DNA of 63,903 nucleotides, filler included, from Licmophora abbreviata (Eukaryota), in assembly GCA_900291995.1 (NCBI GenBank). It is 12 parts of 12 records of this genome, joined end to end, with 100 filler letters (N's around TTAATTAATTAA, not from the genome) between each part and the next. Parts side by side here need not be neighbours in the genome. Positions count along the whole stretch, not along the records: positions 20,712 to 23,378 come from OLMU01004456.1; positions 23,479 to 30,854 come from OLMU01004457.1; positions 30,955 to 33,217 come from OLMU01004458.1; positions 33,318 to 34,744 come from OLMU01004459.1; 8 more parts are not named here. The stretch is one strand, 5' to 3'. The position numbers and the translations under genes are program-made. Position 1 is the stretch's first letter. Each line of letters starts with the position of its first letter. Positions 20,716-34,427 of the stretch are shown here, piece by piece. A model generated the notes under the pieces. It worked only from the letters and a program-made list of their open reading frames with translations. It was not told where the DNA came from and ran no database searches.

Positions 20716-22062
20716 ATGGGAAAAGTGCAGGACGAGTATTCGCACTTGTCGGCGTCGGTGAGGAGTTTTGTGGAGCAGGGACAACGCCTAAGTGTACGCG
20801 ACACCCAAGGTGACACCACGGTCATGGCCCAAGTCTTCAATCTCGTGAAGAATCTAGTCGGTGCTGGAGTATTGGCGCTTCCCAGCGGTGTGGCGGCCTT
20901 TGCCAATGCCCCCTCTGCGGTGCTACCTGCAGTGGTGTGTACGATTCTGATGGGAGCAATATTTGGATTCTACTTCTTGTTGATCGGGAGGGCGTGTACC
21001 CTGACCGACTCGGCGACGTACCGAGAAGTGTGGGAAGACACGATGGGAGATCGCGGGGCAGTCTTTGTGGCCACCGTCAATATGCTCAAACCGGCGCTTG
21101 GAAATCTGGCGTATAGCATGATCTTGGCGGACACCTTTCGATCACTCTTTGAAACGATTGGGTTCGATTGCTCGAGAACGTTTGCGTTGTTTTTTATTTC
21201 AATAGTGGTGCTCTTGCCGTTGTGTCTGCTGAAAAATCTCAAGGTCCTTGCGCCCTTTAGTATCATGGGGACGTTGGGTATCTGTCTTGCTGCCATGGCA
21301 ATGGGGGTGCGCTACTTCGATGGGACCTACGATATTGAGCGGAACGGGGTGTTTGTTGCAGATCTATCGGACAAATACAAACCGTCATTCGGGGGAGTTG
21401 GAGCAATGGGTGCCGTGTCACCGCATATTCTCGTGCTCGTATGCATGCTTTTTGAGGCATTCGTGGCACACTACAACTCTCCTCGTATGTATATGGAACT
21501 CAGGGATCGCACCGTGTCGAGATTTCAGGTCGTCGTAGTGTATGCATTTGGCATGGCTAGTGCTATCTACGTACTGTTCTCTGCCTTTGGCTACCTAACC
21601 TTTGGGGCAAGTTGCGATGGCTACATCCTTAACAATTATTCAACCAATGACAGGCTGGCCACTGTTTGTCGCATCGCAATTGCATTTGCGATCCTCCTCA
21701 CATACCCCGTGGTATTCATTGGCTTCCGGGATGGCGTTCTGGATCTTCTTCGCACACCCATGGAGAAAGAGACTACACGTTTTCTCAACATATTGTCAGT
21801 GCTGCTGCTGATGCTTGTGACTGTGATTGCTGTGTTTGTCCGTGATCTAGGCATACTGAACGCTGTGGGAGGTGGAACGCTGGCGACCGCCTTGGTCTTC
21901 GTTTTTCCAACCTTGATGTATCGAGCGGCGGTGTATGATTACTATGACGGGTCCCCTCCTTCCCAGTTTGTACAAGAAGTACGATTCACGATCGTGCTAA
22001 TGTGCTTCGGTATAATCATGGGTGTCATCGGTGTCTGGGTTGCTCTCACCGGTACTGAATAG
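20716..22062 (+). CDS. Amino acid transporter (AAAP/SLC38-like); 5' end abuts a gap
   Basis: FNLVKNLVGAGVLALP, PLCLLKNL..LAPFS, AFVAHYN, FGYLTFG, ILNNY motifs; about 11 TM segments. Confidence 0.9.
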   Translation: MGKVQDEYSHLSASVRSFVEQGQRLSVRDTQGDTTVMAQVFNLVKNLVGAGVLALPSGVAAFANAPSAVLPAVVCTILMGAIFGFYFLLIGRACTLTDSATYREVWEDTMGDRGAVFVATVNMLKPALGNLAYSMILADTFRSLFETIGFDCSRTFALFFISIVVLLPLCLLKNLKVLAPFSIMGTLGICLAAMAMGVRYFDGTYDIERNGVFVADLSDKYKPSFGGVGAMGAVSPHILVLVCMLFEAFVAHYNSPRMYMELRDRTVSRFQVVVVYAFGMASAIYVLFSAFGYLTFGASCDGYILNNYSTNDRLATVCRIAIAFAILLTYPVVFIGFRDGVLDLLRTPMEKETTRFLNILSVLLLMLVTVIAVFVRDLGILNAVGGGTLATALVFVFPTLMYRAAVYDYYDGSPPSQFVQEVRFTIVLMCFGIIMGVIGVWVALTGTE

Positions 22063-22165
22063 GCATTGAGGAATCAAACGCACGCTCACTGACGCTGCTA
22101 AAGTACATCGTTCACTATAAGATGTGTCGAAGAGGAAAGTCACACGTCCACTCTGAAACTCGTTG

Positions 22166-23649
22166 CTAGTGCGTGCGTGTGTCGTCGTCGATTCGGAAAG
22201 CACTGCTTTTGACTAGCCATCCTTGAAAGGGATGTGTCGAGAAGACAAGGTCTCGCAGATTGTCCTTATGGTGTGCCTTCCATTCCAGATAGTCTCCTTT
22301 GCCTGTGCACATCACGAGATTGCTCGCCCTTGACAACCGGGATGTCAATCGCTGATAATCATCTTCGGACTTCGGCTTTTTGCCCTGCCGAATGCCTCGA
22401 GCGCCCACAACAATCTCTGTCTCAAGGGGAGTTGAGTTCTGCCAGTTCAAGCTAAATCCGCATGGTGGGGATGACAGTTTCGAACGTTTTTGAATTGGTT
22501 GTTGCTCATCGTACTTGACCCGTCGGTGCTTATTCTGTTTCGCAAAATCTGTGACAGCTTTTCCTCTCGCATACGTCGCGTCGACTACATGCATCGACGG
22601 CAGGCTTAATGCAATCTGCTCCACAACCTTAGTTTGTTGCTCGGTTAATAGGTTCTCCCGACCATGTATCTCCTTCATAGCCGCTTCAGCTCGCTTCAGA
22701 GTAGCCCTTTCTAGAGCTCCACGTTGAGCTTCCATTGACACTGCTCTCGGGTCCCTGCTTACGCAAACTGACGAAAGATGAATTCGCGAATGCGACAGAT
22801 AGCTCAGCAGATGATGATTCTCTCCCTGTAGTCCCAGAAGACACCATCGCAGAAGCTTGTCAGAACATGCCATTGAGTGGCTGCGCAAATGGACTGGCAA
22901 ATTCGAACGCCCAGCTTTCGTCCTCAATACCCCCAAGGCTTGTTCTTGTGGTTCCCGCTCAATGGTCCCTCCCGGTAGTAGAGTGCTCTCAGTGGATGTG
23001 TGTTGCTCACTTATACACGAGGCGGCCACCCTCTTGGCGCCCGTAAATAACTGCGTGTCGTTCTGTAGAGGGTAGATGGAAGCGTCGCCGCATGGAGAAT
23101 CGCTAATGTACAGGTGTAACGAAATATCTGGTCTGAGCCGAAAGGCTTTGCAGTCGATGTTTGCGTCCTGGAGGGGCTCAAGAAGACTCTCATTGTTGTT
23201 ACACTCTGATGGAATCGCCGTTGAGCCACGTTCGGCTGCTAGAATTTCTTTCCACAGCTCTCTTACCAAGCCTCGTCGACACAACACTTCGGCGTGCCCA
23301 TCTCTTAGAACCCCCCCTCAGGACCAAGCACAGTGCACTTGGATCCTGTCGCACAAGACACAACCCAGTGGCGCTGTCNNNNNNNNNNNNNNNNNNNNNN
23401 NNNNNNNNNNNNNNNNNNNNNNTTAATTAATTAANNNNNNNNNNNNNNNNNNNNNNNNNNNNNNNNNNNNNNNNNNNNGATACCTTCCTCAGTGATGACG
23501 CCCTCCGTCTCATCATCCGTAGTGTGGTGCTGATGCGCGACAATGGCCGCATAGACGGTCCATTCGTCTTGAGTCGGCTTTCCTGCCGTCCCTAAACCTT
23601 GATCATAGTGACGCAATGCGCACATTGCGATGGCCTCAGGGTCTGTCAT
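22166..23649 (-). CDS. ADAT1: tRNA-specific adenosine deaminase 1 (ADAT1/Tad1, A_deamin family), interrupted by an assembly gap and an apparent frameshift in a G7 run
   Basis: GKP...EWTVYAAIV, VVSCATGSKC, DGHAEV, PCGDASI, RTKAGR, MACSDKLLRW, SLNW and SRLSR motifs. No dsRNA-binding domain. Confidence 0.8.
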
Positions 23650-23951
23650 GGAGCTTACACGAGGCTTGTTTTCACATCAGTCTCATCATGGTGTTGCATT
23701 CATTGATGTGCTGCTGCGTTCGAAGTTAGTTTGTTTCCCCTCGTGACTGGTGGAAAGTCCTGAGTCACGAGTGTCGGGTGGATGCACGGACGCTCCTTCA
23801 AACAACGCAGTGCGTCGATAACTGCGGCGGCGACCATCGCCGACCATGACACCTTGCCTCTTGAACACGAACGATCGCCCGATCCCACACACTCCAGCTT
23901 CCAGCGAAGCCTTTCTCAATTTTCTCTTTCCATTTTATATTGCTCATCGTC

Positions 23952-25577
23952 ATGGCAGACTGTGGAGCAGCTGGAACGGCGCTAGATAGAGCGGTGCGAG
24001 CAGCAACCGGACATCAGTCAGGCAGCAATGGGAGTAAGCAAACCGTCGTGAATCTGCTAGGCCATGTCGGAACGAGTGAAGTTGCGGGGAGCATGCCCTT
24101 GGCTCCTCCCTCAAGTCTCGTTATGCCCAGCAGTACAGTAACACCTGCTGGTGCGGTGGGTATGAGACCCAGTCTTCCAATGATGGCGACAAGACCTGTA
24201 GAGAACGGTGGGATGATGGATCACGCATGGGCTCAGCAGCGACATCCACCACCGCATGTCATGCAGCAGCATCCGCGAATGATGCACCCTAGTTTGCAAC
24301 ACCAGCAGCATCACCATAGTGGTATGATGATGATGATGCATCAACAGCAGATGATGCAACAAATGCAGCAAATGAACGCTTGGATGAGTCAGCACAAGGC
24401 ATCTCGCGATGTCAACGGTGCAACCCAGAAACAAGACGCTGATGTTTTGAAGGCTGGAGGGGGCAGTCAAAAGCAACCCGATCTGGAATCGTGGTACGAA
24501 GGTTTGGAAGAGGACGCACTCCATGAGGGTGGCGTACAGGGAGCCACCATTGAAGAGCTTGCGGCCGCGTGGCAGGCTGCAGAGGCTGACTACTACGACG
24601 ATGCCGTTAATCTTGCTGCTGGGGTTGTGAATCAGGACGATGATGCGACCCTGCTGTACCCTTACACTTTTTCCGAGGAAACCGTGGATCCGCCCCAGGA
24701 TATGCGTGACTGGATGAAGGAGGGCGTGGAGTGGTTTGATCAAGGACAAATTGCCAAGGCGATTAGTTGCTTCGAAACGGAGGCGCGGCATGTGCACCCT
24801 GACAATGCCAGGGCATGGCATATGTTGGGGAAATGTCACGCAGAGAATGACGAAGATCGCAAGGCAATCGCGTGTCTGGAGAGATCCGTAGAGAGGGATC
24901 CTTACAACCCTCAGGCACTGCTAGCCCTGGGAGTGAGTTATGTAAATGAGCTCCATCCTGGTCGGGCGCTGCAAAACCTCAAGGCGTGGATCACGCACAA
25001 CCCGCGATATGCTGGGCTGGAGCTCGACGATGACATGTATGGCAGCGGCAATAAGGAAGACAATGAGAGTGAGTTTGACCAGGTTCAACGACTGCTGCTG
25101 CGGGCTCTGGAATACGGAGAGGACGGAGATGGCGATATTCAAGAGGCTCTCGGCGTCGTGTACAACGTCAGCAGGGACTACGGGGCAGCGGTCGAGGCAT
25201 TTCGAAAGGCGCTAAAGGCGAGAGGCGAAAGCGATTACTCTCTCTGGAACAAGCTTGGTGCTACGCTTGCGAACAGTAATCAGTCGGATGCAGCGCTCCC
25301 CGCTTATCATCGGGCGTTGCAGCTGAAGCCTAAATACGCCCGTGCTTGGCTGAACATGGCCATATCGCACAGCAACCTACAGAACTATGAGGAAGCCGCC
25401 CGGTGCTATCTTCAGACTCTGAGCTTGAATCCTGCTGCAGTGCACTGCTGGAGTTATTTACGGATCGCTTTGTCCTGTTCTGAGCAGTGGGATTTGATCC
25501 CGCTTGCAGCAGCCCAGGATCTGAAGGCTTTCCGAGACCAGTATGATTTCGTAGTGCATGACAGCGCTACTAGCTAG
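23952..25577 (+). CDS. PEX5: Peroxisomal targeting signal 1 receptor PEX5
   Basis: N-terminal Cys (MADCG), Q/M/H-rich linker, TPR domain with HAENDEDRKAI, ALGVSYVNE, LWNKLGATLANS and YHRALQLKPKYARAW. Confidence 0.93.
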   Translation: MADCGAAGTALDRAVRAATGHQSGSNGSKQTVVNLLGHVGTSEVAGSMPLAPPSSLVMPSSTVTPAGAVGMRPSLPMMATRPVENGGMMDHAWAQQRHPPPHVMQQHPRMMHPSLQHQQHHHSGMMMMMHQQQMMQQMQQMNAWMSQHKASRDVNGATQKQDADVLKAGGGSQKQPDLESWYEGLEEDALHEGGVQGATIEELAAAWQAAEADYYDDAVNLAAGVVNQDDDATLLYPYTFSEETVDPPQDMRDWMKEGVEWFDQGQIAKAISCFETEARHVHPDNARAWHMLGKCHAENDEDRKAIACLERSVERDPYNPQALLALGVSYVNELHPGRALQNLKAWITHNPRYAGLELDDDMYGSGNKEDNESEFDQVQRLLLRALEYGEDGDGDIQEALGVVYNVSRDYGAAVEAFRKALKARGESDYSLWNKLGATLANSNQSDAALPAYHRALQLKPKYARAWLNMAISHSNLQNYEEAARCYLQTLSLNPAAVHCWSYLRIALSCSEQWDLIPLAAAQDLKAFRDQYDFVVHDSATS

Positions 25578-25649
25578 TGGCTGGCTACGATATAAAGAAG
25601 CCGCGATTCTCATGCAGAAAGAAGAAGTAGTTAAAAACTCAATACGAGA

Positions 25650-27944
<2,295 letters not shown>

Positions 27945-28447
27945 GATAGAACGATTGTTTCGAGGAAAAACGAGGCCACACACGCGATGCACCGGGGACC
28001 TCCTTCACTATGAACTTTCTGGAGCTCGCTAGTAGATGTCATACCAGAACGACGTATGTGGAACGCCGATAAAATATAAAATTGATTGCACAACATCAAG
28101 AGTTACTGCCACGTGGAACGCTACAGATGGGCGACATTGCCGGATGATGAGTTGAGTCGATCGATTCGACTCATTCAAAGGTCGTTTCGCGATCGGCGTT
28201 GCGATCTTTCGACCTTCTCCATGGGCGTTGAGTGCTCCTCGTGAGAATAGAGGCGAGCCCTCCTGTTCACGATGAATGATCCATTACGTTCTGCGTCCGC
28301 ATGCTAAGTGAGTGTGCATCCTGCATCGCCTTACAGGGATCATCGCTAGTCGAATGATTCGACCCGAATCCACTTTTTGGCGCCCCGCGCAACAAAAAAG
28401 ATATCGCGATGAACGCGATGAGGCTCCAAACTCTTCGATTGTAGGCC

Positions 28448-30208
28448 ATGAGAAAGATACGAGTTTTTGTTTTACTCGGTCTTGGTTGGAAGGCGAGCTG
28501 CTTCACTACAGAGCTCCACTTTCTATCCAGAGAGACTCTGAGTAGCTCTGAAGGACACGAAATAATCTCGAGTCGGCGTCTTGCAACAAGCACGATTCTA
28601 GACGCGTCGGCCACCGGGCTGGTGTCAGGGACTAGGAACGATATGGTAGCAAACGAAGCCAAAGAAGAAGACAAAGGTCGGATCCACTCTGCCGTCTCTA
28701 GAGTCTTCACGTTGATCCGCCCACGAAAAATAATACCGTATGGTCTGGCGTTTGGGCTTGGGGTTCGAGTTGGTGCGCTTCGACAGCAGTCCCTGGCTTC
28801 TACTTCCGAACTGGTGACGCCAGTGCGAGGTACGATTCGGCGCTTTCCTATTCTGTCGCTTGTACTCGTTGCCGTAGCCTTCCGTGATACATGGAGTCTC
28901 ATTCCCAGCTGGGCTAAGCCTGGTTTGTTGAGACGTCGTTCCTCGTCGACCGCCACGGAGGATGTCGATCCCAATGATATGACATCGGTAGGCAACATTG
29001 CCACCAAGCTCGGGGCAATCTACCAGGTGGCAACTTCCAAATTGTCATCGTTGGCACTGGGCCGTCGAGAAGCATATGCAGCATTTCTAGCTCTCTTGTT
29101 GACTACGGGACAGATCAAGGAGACGGAAGCACATCACCGTGACGAGCTCTACCACGAGTCAGGAAAGGCGGCAGATCCAACGGAAGTACTACAAGACATG
29201 GACGAAGCCTTTGAATTTGCGGACTGGGCCTATGATGAGTCTCCTCTTGGTACTCTTCGTCAGAATCTAGATCGTTTGGACTTTAAGCTACTGAAACATG
29301 ACAAGACGGCGGAGCCAGGATACGTTGGGCACTACATCGCAGTCTCGAAAAAGAGAAAGCTATTGCTTGTTGGAGTCAAGGGAACTTCCAGCTTGGAAGA
29401 TATGCTCACGGATTGCTGTGGTAGCGCGATCTCGTATGACCTTCCTGGACCATTCATTGAAGGCGGAGACACGCAAATCCGGTGTCACGAGGGAATCCTA
29501 CTTTCTGCGGAGCGTCTTGCAAACGACATACAACCTTTTCTGGAGGAATTCGCCTTGCCCACCGACTACAATATGCTCGTGACTGGCCACAGCCTGGGGG
29601 CCGGTGTTGCGGCACTGCTCATGGTCCTTCTTCGGGCGCGCATTCCAGAGCTTCGCGGTGAGCAGGCAAGCCGCGTCCGCGTGCTAGCATTCGCGTCTCC
29701 TCCTGTGCTGTCGTACGACTCGGCCCTTGCGTGTGAGCCCTTCATTACAACCATCGTGAACAACTCGGACGTCATTCCGCGCATGTCTTTATCGAATGCT
29801 TTACGTATGGCAACTCTGCTAAGGTTCATTGATACGAGACTAGAAGAAAAGGGAATGGATGTTCAGAAATGGAAAGGAATGGAGAATTTCGTGCGGATGC
29901 TGGTCAAAGGAAAGGAACGAGAAGCGATCGTCACAAGCAAAGAGCTTCGAGATCGTACGAAGCGCTCCTTCGACGTTGTTGATCTACGAGATCCAGACCA
30001 CTTGTATGTTCCAGGTCGCGTGATTCACTTGTACGATACTTGGTCCAAAGGTACTGAGATAGGAGCAACTGATATGACCGCCGACCGCGTGCACGTTTCC
30101 GATGGGTCCTCCAATGTGCTCAGGATGATCGAATTGGATTCAAGAATGCTCTCAGATCATATGTCAGACGCCTACCGAGGCAGCCTGAAATCCTTGCTGG
30201 CTGCTTGA
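28448..30208 (+). CDS. Class 3 lipase (DAG-lipase-like) with hydrophobic N-terminal segments
   Basis: VKGT..LEDMLTD, CHEG, VTGHSLGAG nucleophile elbow, FASPP, DVIPRMS, MLSDH. Confidence 0.9.
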   Translation: MRKIRVFVLLGLGWKASCFTTELHFLSRETLSSSEGHEIISSRRLATSTILDASATGLVSGTRNDMVANEAKEEDKGRIHSAVSRVFTLIRPRKIIPYGLAFGLGVRVGALRQQSLASTSELVTPVRGTIRRFPILSLVLVAVAFRDTWSLIPSWAKPGLLRRRSSSTATEDVDPNDMTSVGNIATKLGAIYQVATSKLSSLALGRREAYAAFLALLLTTGQIKETEAHHRDELYHESGKAADPTEVLQDMDEAFEFADWAYDESPLGTLRQNLDRLDFKLLKHDKTAEPGYVGHYIAVSKKRKLLLVGVKGTSSLEDMLTDCCGSAISYDLPGPFIEGGDTQIRCHEGILLSAERLANDIQPFLEEFALPTDYNMLVTGHSLGAGVAALLMVLLRARIPELRGEQASRVRVLAFASPPVLSYDSALACEPFITTIVNNSDVIPRMSLSNALRMATLLRFIDTRLEEKGMDVQKWKGMENFVRMLVKGKEREAIVTSKELRDRTKRSFDVVDLRDPDHLYVPGRVIHLYDTWSKGTEIGATDMTADRVHVSDGSSNVLRMIELDSRMLSDHMSDAYRGSLKSLLAA

Positions 30209-30362
30209 ACATACTCTACAGTAACATTTCTTGACGCCTCAGGATTCAATTTATTCTTTGTAGAATTACGCTCGTCTCCGAATCAAAACGAGAATAGAGT
30301 TCCACTTTTCAGAGACTTTGTATCGGTGAGAATCACTAGAGTACATTGCATTTAACAATCCC

Positions 30363-32782
30363 TTACATGGAATCTAGCATATAATGCAGCTGCTCCACGA
30401 AGCGCTGCACATCTGCACCGTCCACTTCCACCACGTTGCTATCAAAGCTGTCGAATCGAAATGTGCCCTTCATCGTCTTGGCCGAAAGTTCGAAGTTCTG
30501 TCCGAAGCGATTCTTGACAAAGTCTCCAGTCCTTTCCGGGTATTCGTATCCGACAACGAGGTAGGTGTTGGTCTTCGGCTTTTCCGCAAGGAGGACCAAT
30601 GGTCGAGACTTGTTTCCAGCCCATTTTCCGTTTTCGCGATGCATATCCATCAAGTAGTGAGCCAGCTTCGTCAACGCGAGTGGTTTGGCAAAGATATGAT
30701 TTTGGTCTGTCTCCTTGCCAGACGGTCCGTCTTGCCCCGTACAGGTAATGTACGCGTAGCGAAAGTGACGAAGCCTCGTAATGGCGTTGCGGTCCACCAA
30801 GCTCACCGCAGTTGCCATGATTGTCTTCTGCAGCGACATGGCCAGTCGGAGACCNNNNNNNNNNNNNNNNNNNNNNNNNNNNNNNNNNNNNNNNNNNNTT
30901 AATTAATTAANNNNNNNNNNNNNNNNNNNNNNNNNNNNNNNNNNNNNNNNNNNNCCCGATGCCGGTGTTTCCGGACATATTCCCACCATTCACTAGGTTG
31001 GACACCGCGTTGCCCTCGCTGAGAATCATGTTCGGCGTCGAGCTGCAGTTGAGGGCATCATAGGCAATATTGAAAGCTTGGAGGGTCTCGCGCTCCTCGC
31101 TGTCTTCTTCCAAGGCAGCGTCGCCGTCCTTGGTCGGCGAAGACTTCGTGGCGGGGGTTTCGCATTCCAACAGAGCTGTGACAGCATACGACATGTCACT
31201 CGCAGACATGAGCGAGTTGTAGCCTGTGACACGTTTGAAGCAAGTGAATTCAAACTTATCCAGTCCGTAGTCCTAAATGTGGAAACGAGCAAGATGAGTT
31301 CACGCGGTACAGGTGGGATCAGTACAACATCTTTCGTCGACGTACATCCGCAAACGTGGTCAGTTTATCCCGAAGAGACCGCCGAACTTTTGGTTCCATG
31401 AAGGCATATGGCTGGCGGCATTGTTCCAGGGGGCATCCCATCTTCGCCAGCAGCTCGTGGAAGCGAAGCATTCCTTTCTTGGTCCATAGCTGAAGTTTGG
31501 TTGAGACATAGTTCGAGTGGACCATACCTTCATACAAAGAAGTGTGACGGAGCAAAAAGAAACGAAAGTCCTGTTCCGCAAGGACCCTCCCATTCTCGCT
31601 CAAAGTAATACTTGTCAGGTGTCGATTATCGTCACGGTTCGCCGCACCTGTCAAGTGCTCAGCATAAGTCGCCGTTTCCAAGCGATGGTACATGTCGTTA
31701 GGAAAGAGACGAGTGCAGTACCCCTTTAGGCTTATGGCCAGCGTAGTGTACCCGGCCACGTCCAAGCGTGAGTGCAAGTAGGCATCGGTGACTCCAACAC
31801 ACGCCAGCCAGAGTAGGTTTCCCTGATCCGCAAAGCGAAGTTGAGTAGAAAGCCGGTACGCGACATATGCCGCTGGAGAGCCGTAGAAGCTTCCACCTGA
31901 ATAGTACATGCGGAGCCGATTGCGACGTTGGCGATGGAGTTCGCGAGGGGAAAGCATGAGAGGCTCGTCAGGAGAAGTAGCGTCGTCAGGTTTCTTGGGT
32001 TCGTCCGTGCTCTCGGTGTCGTCATCGTCGTTACGGTCCAGGGATTCCTTCGTAGTCTCACTAGAGTCATCTGGAAAGTCGCCGTGCTTCTTCTTGCGGC
32101 GCTTGGTATTTCTGGGAGAGCGAGGCGGCTCGTCGTCCTCGCCGTCGTCGTCCCCGCCGTCGTACCCAAGATCTTCTGGTGCTGGCGGAGGCCTTACCCC
32201 GGAAACCTGATGGTCGTCAAATTCAGCATCTTCTTCTTCTTCCGGGTCGTCTTCGAACGTCTCTTCTTCCTCCTCTTCGCTCTCGCTGTCACTATCCTCT
32301 TCTTCACTACTGGTACTTTCGTTGCCACTCAGATTGTCGCCATCACTCGGCACATCGTCCGTTTGCGTTTCATCCCAAAACAAGACAACATTCTGTCCCG
32401 CATGGACATTGGCAAGATGGAACGGACGACGACAGTCCATAACATAGACTCGCGTGAGAGAGGACAGTCCGTGTTCGTCAAAGAGTCGCGTCAGGTTGCG
32501 GGAGGCGCCCAGATTCAGCAAGACGAGTGCTCGGAGACCGTCGTGTTGTTGTTGTTGCTGCAGTACCTGGTGAAGTGCAGTATAGCTGGAGCAGGGACGA
32601 AGCTGGTAGGTAATGTTGTCGGAGCGAAGCATGAAGCTGAGAACGCGAGCGGCGGCCATGGCATCCACGTCGGCATTACAGAGAATCAAGACGGAGCCTC
32701 CGTCGCTGCTTGGATCGTCGACTTGACAGTCCTTGACGATCTGGTCGTAGCCGAGATGCCAATTGTCTAGCTCAAGAATCAT
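30363..32782 (-). CDS. CDC45: DNA replication initiation factor CDC45; intron 31345-31273, gap at 30855-30954
   Basis: ADVDAMAA, MDCRRPFHLAN, long acidic insert, LLRHTSLYEGM, KLQLW, LAKMG, SASDMSY, KNRFG, FDSFD. Confidence 0.93.
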
Positions 32783-34427
32783 GCTGGAGTGTAAAAGCAA
32801 GTGAAAGGAGAGACACAGACGAGTATAGAGACGACGTTCGTCCCCTCTCGCTCGATGAGGCAATGCTCCAAACTTCGGGGTGCGCCATTTTCAAAAGGCA
32901 AACTGCAGTTTGTACCAACTCTACAGACCTTTACGTGAACCAGCATGTTGGCAGTCGCGCGGGAGCGATTATGACCAATATATATATTCCGTCATGTAAT
33001 CCAAGATAGAACTATCTTGTCCAACTGATGTCTAATGTTCTCGCTTGGCGAACAGTTACTTATCGTCCCCGTAAGATCTACTGGATACACATACACAGAG
33101 CATTGGCTGGCATTCCCAAAAATTTCGGCAACACAAAATCGAAAAGGCGGCAGCAGAAAAAGTACATCGTCTGTTGGAAAAAGGAGCTCTGAAGAACAAG
33201 TACGAGACGACAAGTCCNNNNNNNNNNNNNNNNNNNNNNNNNNNNNNNNNNNNNNNNNNNNTTAATTAATTAANNNNNNNNNNNNNNNNNNNNNNNNNNN
33301 NNNNNNNNNNNNNNNNNTTACGCTGTAAACCCTTTGTCGTAACGCTTGAGGAGATCGAAGGATTGTGCGGTAGAGTCGATCTGGTGAGTGAATTGTCGTA
33401 CTGGAACGGGGCGAGCAGTAACGGCGTCACGCGCGTTTTGCTAGTCTTGTGGGCGTTCGACTACTTCATCAGTAGCTCTTCCAGCCATCATCGTGCTTTC
33501 CAAACGCGGGAATGGTTGCGTCACTCGTTTTGGGTTGTATTCCCCGCAATCGATCGCTATCGGGCCGCTCATTGTCACCCCTCTCCACCTCTCACATCAC
33601 GTTCCGGTGCGTCGCTTGTCTCTTGTACTTTTCTCCTATAGATTCTACGTGTGACGTCACATTGAGCCGAAATCAGCGAGTCGGGCTCGCAGATTCTCGC
33701 AGAAGTATCCATCTGTAGATTTCTACCACGGAACGCTGGTACTGATTTCTTTCGACGCTTTCAGCTCTGTAGAATCTTACTGGAGGTCACACGTGTACAC
33801 GCACGTAGGCGTTCTACAGGGACGTTATTGCTACGTGGTGCCACATAGGCCGCTGTACGGAAGGGGGTTCGCAAATCGGCTTTTCGATAACGGAACCGCG
33901 AGCACGCGACCACACATCCTCGGCACCACCTGTAGTCTTGTGGTGGAGTGCTTCCTTGTTCGCCCTCGTTGCTTGCTATTCAGAGCACTCTTGTCCTGTG
34001 GAACAACCGCGGTGTGAATAGACTACTGTGTGAGCTGTCCAAGAGGTATCTTGATCGAAGGGACAAGTATCGGCGATTTGTCGACTCCGTCCAAGCACGT
34101 CATTTTTTCGATCGCTAAGATTTGCTTCAGGGGCTACGTAGGAACCAGTACCGGTGACCGTAGACGTTGTTTACCTCAGTCCGTCGGAGCCAGTCACATT
34201 TTGCGGTGTGGTCGGAACTGATATTTGACGGAGACTGCTCATTCTCGGGCAGCCTGTCGCGTCACTCCTTGGTGGACTAGTCCTTGATATCTTGTGCTTG
34301 GAACTTTCGACTTGGTCGTTTGCCGAACGACGACAGTTCATCGACCGAAAACCTCGATTTCCGTTGAAAGCCGTTGCTGCCTTGTCGACGTTTGGAACGT
34401 GCATAGGTTGTGCTCGCACGACATACA

